Shown: one piece after another, positions 61,320 to 64,000 of the stretch
How the letters are laid out: each line of letters starts with the position of its first letter
Position numbering within the stretch: the first letter of the stretch is position 1
Origin: an uncultured Verrucomicrobiae bacterium
GTDB lineage: Bacteria; Chlamydiota; Chlamydiia; Chlamydiales; Rhabdochlamydiaceae
Assembly (NCBI GenBank): GCA_963818965.1
Contig: CAWFUG010000009.1
Coordinates: 320,001 to 384,000 of the forward strand
Direction of reading: 5' to 3'
DNA: 64,000 nucleotides
Notes under the pieces: model-generated
The model's input: only the letters and a program-made list of their open reading frames with translations
Told to the model about the DNA's origin: nothing
Database searches by the model: none
Translations under genes and position numbers: made by a program

Positions 61320-62434
61320 TCCAGACAGGTACCCAGTCTCTAGAGAGCGCAGAAGCGTTGGACCATGCACTCGGGTTCCCCTCGCGCGCTTACCCTGTGA
61401 TCCATATCGCAGGAAGCAATGGCAAAGGCTCCGTCGCTCTAAAAATCGCAAAAGCATTGGAGCTCAGCGGCTACCGGGTCGGCCTCTACACCTCTCCCCA
61501 TCTTTTCTCCCTGCAGGAGAGAATCGCCGTCGGACAGGAGCTGATCCCCGAAGAAGTGGCCCTAGAAGGGATTGCGAAGATGCAAGCGCTCGGTGCACGC
61601 TCTTTTTTCGAGAGCATGACATTTGTGGCCTTTGAGTTTTTTAAAGAGAAGGGAGTCGATGTCGCCGTCATCGAAACAGGGCTAGGCGGGCGCTTTGATG
61701 CGACAAATGTCGTCCAGCCCATCCTATCGATCATCACCTCGATCAGCAGAGAACACACATCTCTCTTAGGCGATCAATTGGAAAAGATCGCGCAGGAAAA
61801 GGCGGGGATCTTGAAGGAAAACGTCCCTGTCGTCCTAGGACCTAAAGCCCGCTTTCAGGAGATCTACGAAAAGGGGAAACAGCTCAACTGCCCCCTCTAT
61901 CTCTCCAAAAAAATCAGCCACTTTTTCGATGAGGAAAATAGCGCCATTGCAGAACTTTCCCTCGGTGCGCTCAGCACCCATTTTACCCTCACGCCCTCTG
62001 CAATCCACGAGGGGATTGCGCTACGCCCCCCTTGCCGGTTTGAGAAGATCAACGGCGTGATCTTCGACGTCGCCCACAATCCCGACGCGATCTTTCACCT
62101 GATCCAGGCGTTGCACCAATTCTACCCCGATCGGACCTTCCGCTTTGTGGCAGGGTTTTCAAAAGATAAGGAATTTGATCTCTGTCTCGATCACATGGCA
62201 AAAGTGGCTTCGATGATCCACCTCGTCGAGGCTCCAAGCGAAAGAGCCGCCAGTGTCGCTCTATTGGAAAAAGCACTCGCTTCAGAAAAATGCATGAAGC
62301 ACGCCAGCATTCAAGAGGGCGTATCCAACGCCCTTCTCGCTGCGCGCTTAAGCGGAGATCAACTCGTCATCTGCGGCTCTTTTTACATCATGCAAGAGGC
62401 AAAAGAGGCCATCTTAGTCGGAACTACTCGATGA
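61313..62434 (+). CDS. folC: Folylpolyglutamate synthase / dihydrofolate synthase
   Basis: HIAGSNGKGS, TSPHL, ETGLGGRFDATN, DVAHN, CGSFY. Confidence 0.93.
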   Translation: MLIQTGTQSLESAEALDHALGFPSRAYPVIHIAGSNGKGSVALKIAKALELSGYRVGLYTSPHLFSLQERIAVGQELIPEEVALEGIAKMQALGARSFFESMTFVAFEFFKEKGVDVAVIETGLGGRFDATNVVQPILSIITSISREHTSLLGDQLEKIAQEKAGILKENVPVVLGPKARFQEIYEKGKQLNCPLYLSKKISHFFDEENSAIAELSLGALSTHFTLTPSAIHEGIALRPPCRFEKINGVIFDVAHNPDAIFHLIQALHQFYPDRTFRFVAGFSKDKEFDLCLDHMAKVASMIHLVEAPSERAASVALLEKALASEKCMKHASIQEGVSNALLAARLSGDQLVICGSFYIMQEAKEAILVGTTR

Positions 62435-64000
62435 GCTATATCCCTTCGATAAGTTAGGAACGCGAATAGAATCGATCAGTAGTCTTCTCATGTGGTCGAA
62501 TTCTGACGAATAACGACGGTTCTCCCCCTGCTGCAACCAAATTACGATATTTATCAGTCTTTGAGTCGTTTCTGTCCATTGTTCTCTTAAAGAAGGGTCT
62601 TTCAGTAGGATTTCTTGATTTATTTCTGCGAAATCTTCAACAAATAGCGGAAGAAATCCTTGATAGAATGTTGGGTAAATCCACTGACTGTTTTGTTCCA
62701 TGAGGGTAATGGCCAGATCACCTCGCTGAAGACGTAGTAGAGCTGTACAGATATTCACAATTCGATCGTCGTCTTTATAGGCGATTGCGCATTCCATTAA
62801 AAGTTCTACAGCTTTCGTTTTTTTATCGACGGCCTTTTCTGTGTATTTATTTGCAATTTCTAATAAAAGATTGTGAAGGACGATTCCTGTGTAGTTCGAG
62901 CGGATAAATGATTCAGTAGCTTCGAGGTCTTCTTGCTTAACGCACTTCTGAATGACGCTACTCAATAGTTGATCCGTGCTCTTTTGGTAAGGCAAAAGAT
63001 TGCTTTCTTGGCGCATAGAAATCAAGCTACAGGCTTCTTTCAAATGTCCAGCATTTACCAGTTTTTGTACTCCTTTTTTGAGTACACCTAAATCGAGATG
63101 GAATTGATATTCTTCGATGAGAGGCTTGGCCTTCTCAAGCTCTCCTCGACTTAGGTAGGCCATTGCCAAACTTTTTGCGAGGCGTTTTTGTGTTTTTGGC
63201 TCGAAAAATTCCTCGCTGACAAAACGACGAAATGCTGTGTCCGCCGTCGCAATGCAACCTTCTTCAATGCACACTTGACAGAATGTTTTATTTAGCAGCT
63301 CGTGTTTGTTTTTTACTAAGTTCAAGGAAGTGCATTTCTGTATTAAAGAAAAAACATTGCTGAAGCGACCTAACCGAATCAATGGTCTCATAGTCTCCTT
63401 TGCCCAAGCTCTGCCAAAATCGCGTGTGGGGTGGAATTTAGGATGTGCAGAGAGGAATTTCATCGCTTCCTTGCCGTGGCCACTAGCAAAGGCCATTCGC
63501 AAAGACCGGTTATGGATAATCTCATTCGTGAACATAGTCTCAGGCTCGGCATTTAAAGAAGCTAGTAGCAATCCAAGACTCCCGACGATTTCAATGATGG
63601 TCTTGTAGGGTTCCTTTCCGTTGCAGGCTTTACAAGCTTTATAAGCTGCATGTATTGCCCGAAGCATGGGATCTACATCGTTGTCAGTACCGGCGGATTT
63701 CCCCATCATTTGTTGGCATATTTCTGCGATTTCTCTTTCTACTTGAATCTTGTAGGTCAAAATCTCAGTGAGACTCTCTGGTTGTTGCAGCTCGTTTCTC
63801 TTCAGCAATCGGTTGCATGTGTTTTCAAGCAGTTGTTTCTGTAGAGGGAAACTTGCGACCAGCGGCTGTTCCACCAAATGCGTTAGGAGCTGGATGTAAG
63901 ATGAAATCAGGGGATCCTTTTTGCTGTCGCTCCATTTCACATCCATCATCCATGTGTTCCATAGGTAACAGACCTTTGAGACGTTTTCCCATGATTCTAA
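62414..64000 (-). CDS. F-box-like helical-repeat protein (5' end beyond window)
   Basis: Frame stays open to the window edge, adding LESWENVSKVCYLWNTW (F-box-like end). Confidence 0.6.
   Translation of the reverse strand, partial: LESWENVSKVCYLWNTWMMDVKWSDSKKDPLISSYIQLLTHLVEQPLVASFPLQKQLLENTCNRLLKRNELQQPESLTEILTYKIQVEREIAEICQQMMGKSAGTDNDVDPMLRAIHAAYKACKACNGKEPYKTIIEIVGSLGLLLASLNAEPETMFTNEIIHNRSLRMAFASGHGKEAMKFLSAHPKFHPTRDFGRAWAKETMRPLIRLGRFSNVFSLIQKCTSLNLVKNKHELLNKTFCQVCIEEGCIATADTAFRRFVSEEFFEPKTQKRLAKSLAMAYLSRGELEKAKPLIEEYQFHLDLGVLKKGVQKLVNAGHLKEACSLISMRQESNLLPYQKSTDQLLSSVIQKCVKQEDLEATESFIRSNYTGIVLHNLLLEIANKYTEKAVDKKTKAVELLMECAIAYKDDDRIVNICTALLRLQRGDLAITLMEQNSQWIYPTFYQGFLPLFVEDFAEINQEILLKDPSLREQWTETTQRLINIVIWLQQGENRRYSSEFDHMRRLLIDSIRVPNLSKGYSSSSSSD

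Overview
64 kb of chromosome from what is almost certainly an environmental Chlamydiota (Parachlamydiales/Simkaniaceae-like) bacterium. The assignment rests on a double-length UvrA beside pyk, PknD near valS, the htrB-ybbR-dacA-cydAB block and nusB-murB. Accessory DNA interrupts this backbone: a tandem F-box/WD40 family with C-terminal NLS-like motifs, three LRR-NEL (IpaH-like) genes that all lack the catalytic Cys, several other F-box-like proteins, decayed and intact toxin-antitoxin loci, and a RhuM islet bounded by a 35-bp direct repeat. The most striking non-genic signal is a family of non-autonomous palindromic elements with TATACC...GGTATA (ERIC-like) ends, at least 13 full or partial copies. 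Three 166-169 bp copies share the same stem/mismatch/stem/loop geometry while their stem sequences have diverged with pairing preserved. They insert at TA: one nests in a second repeat family (CCACAGAGAG palindromes, with a filled and an empty site both in this window), four stack head-to-tail in an array, one sits in-frame inside an ORF, and one arm supplies the stop codons of two genes. No transposase, rRNA, tRNA or CRISPR array was seen. Clustered +1 frameshifts in uvrA/galE look like sequencing errors.
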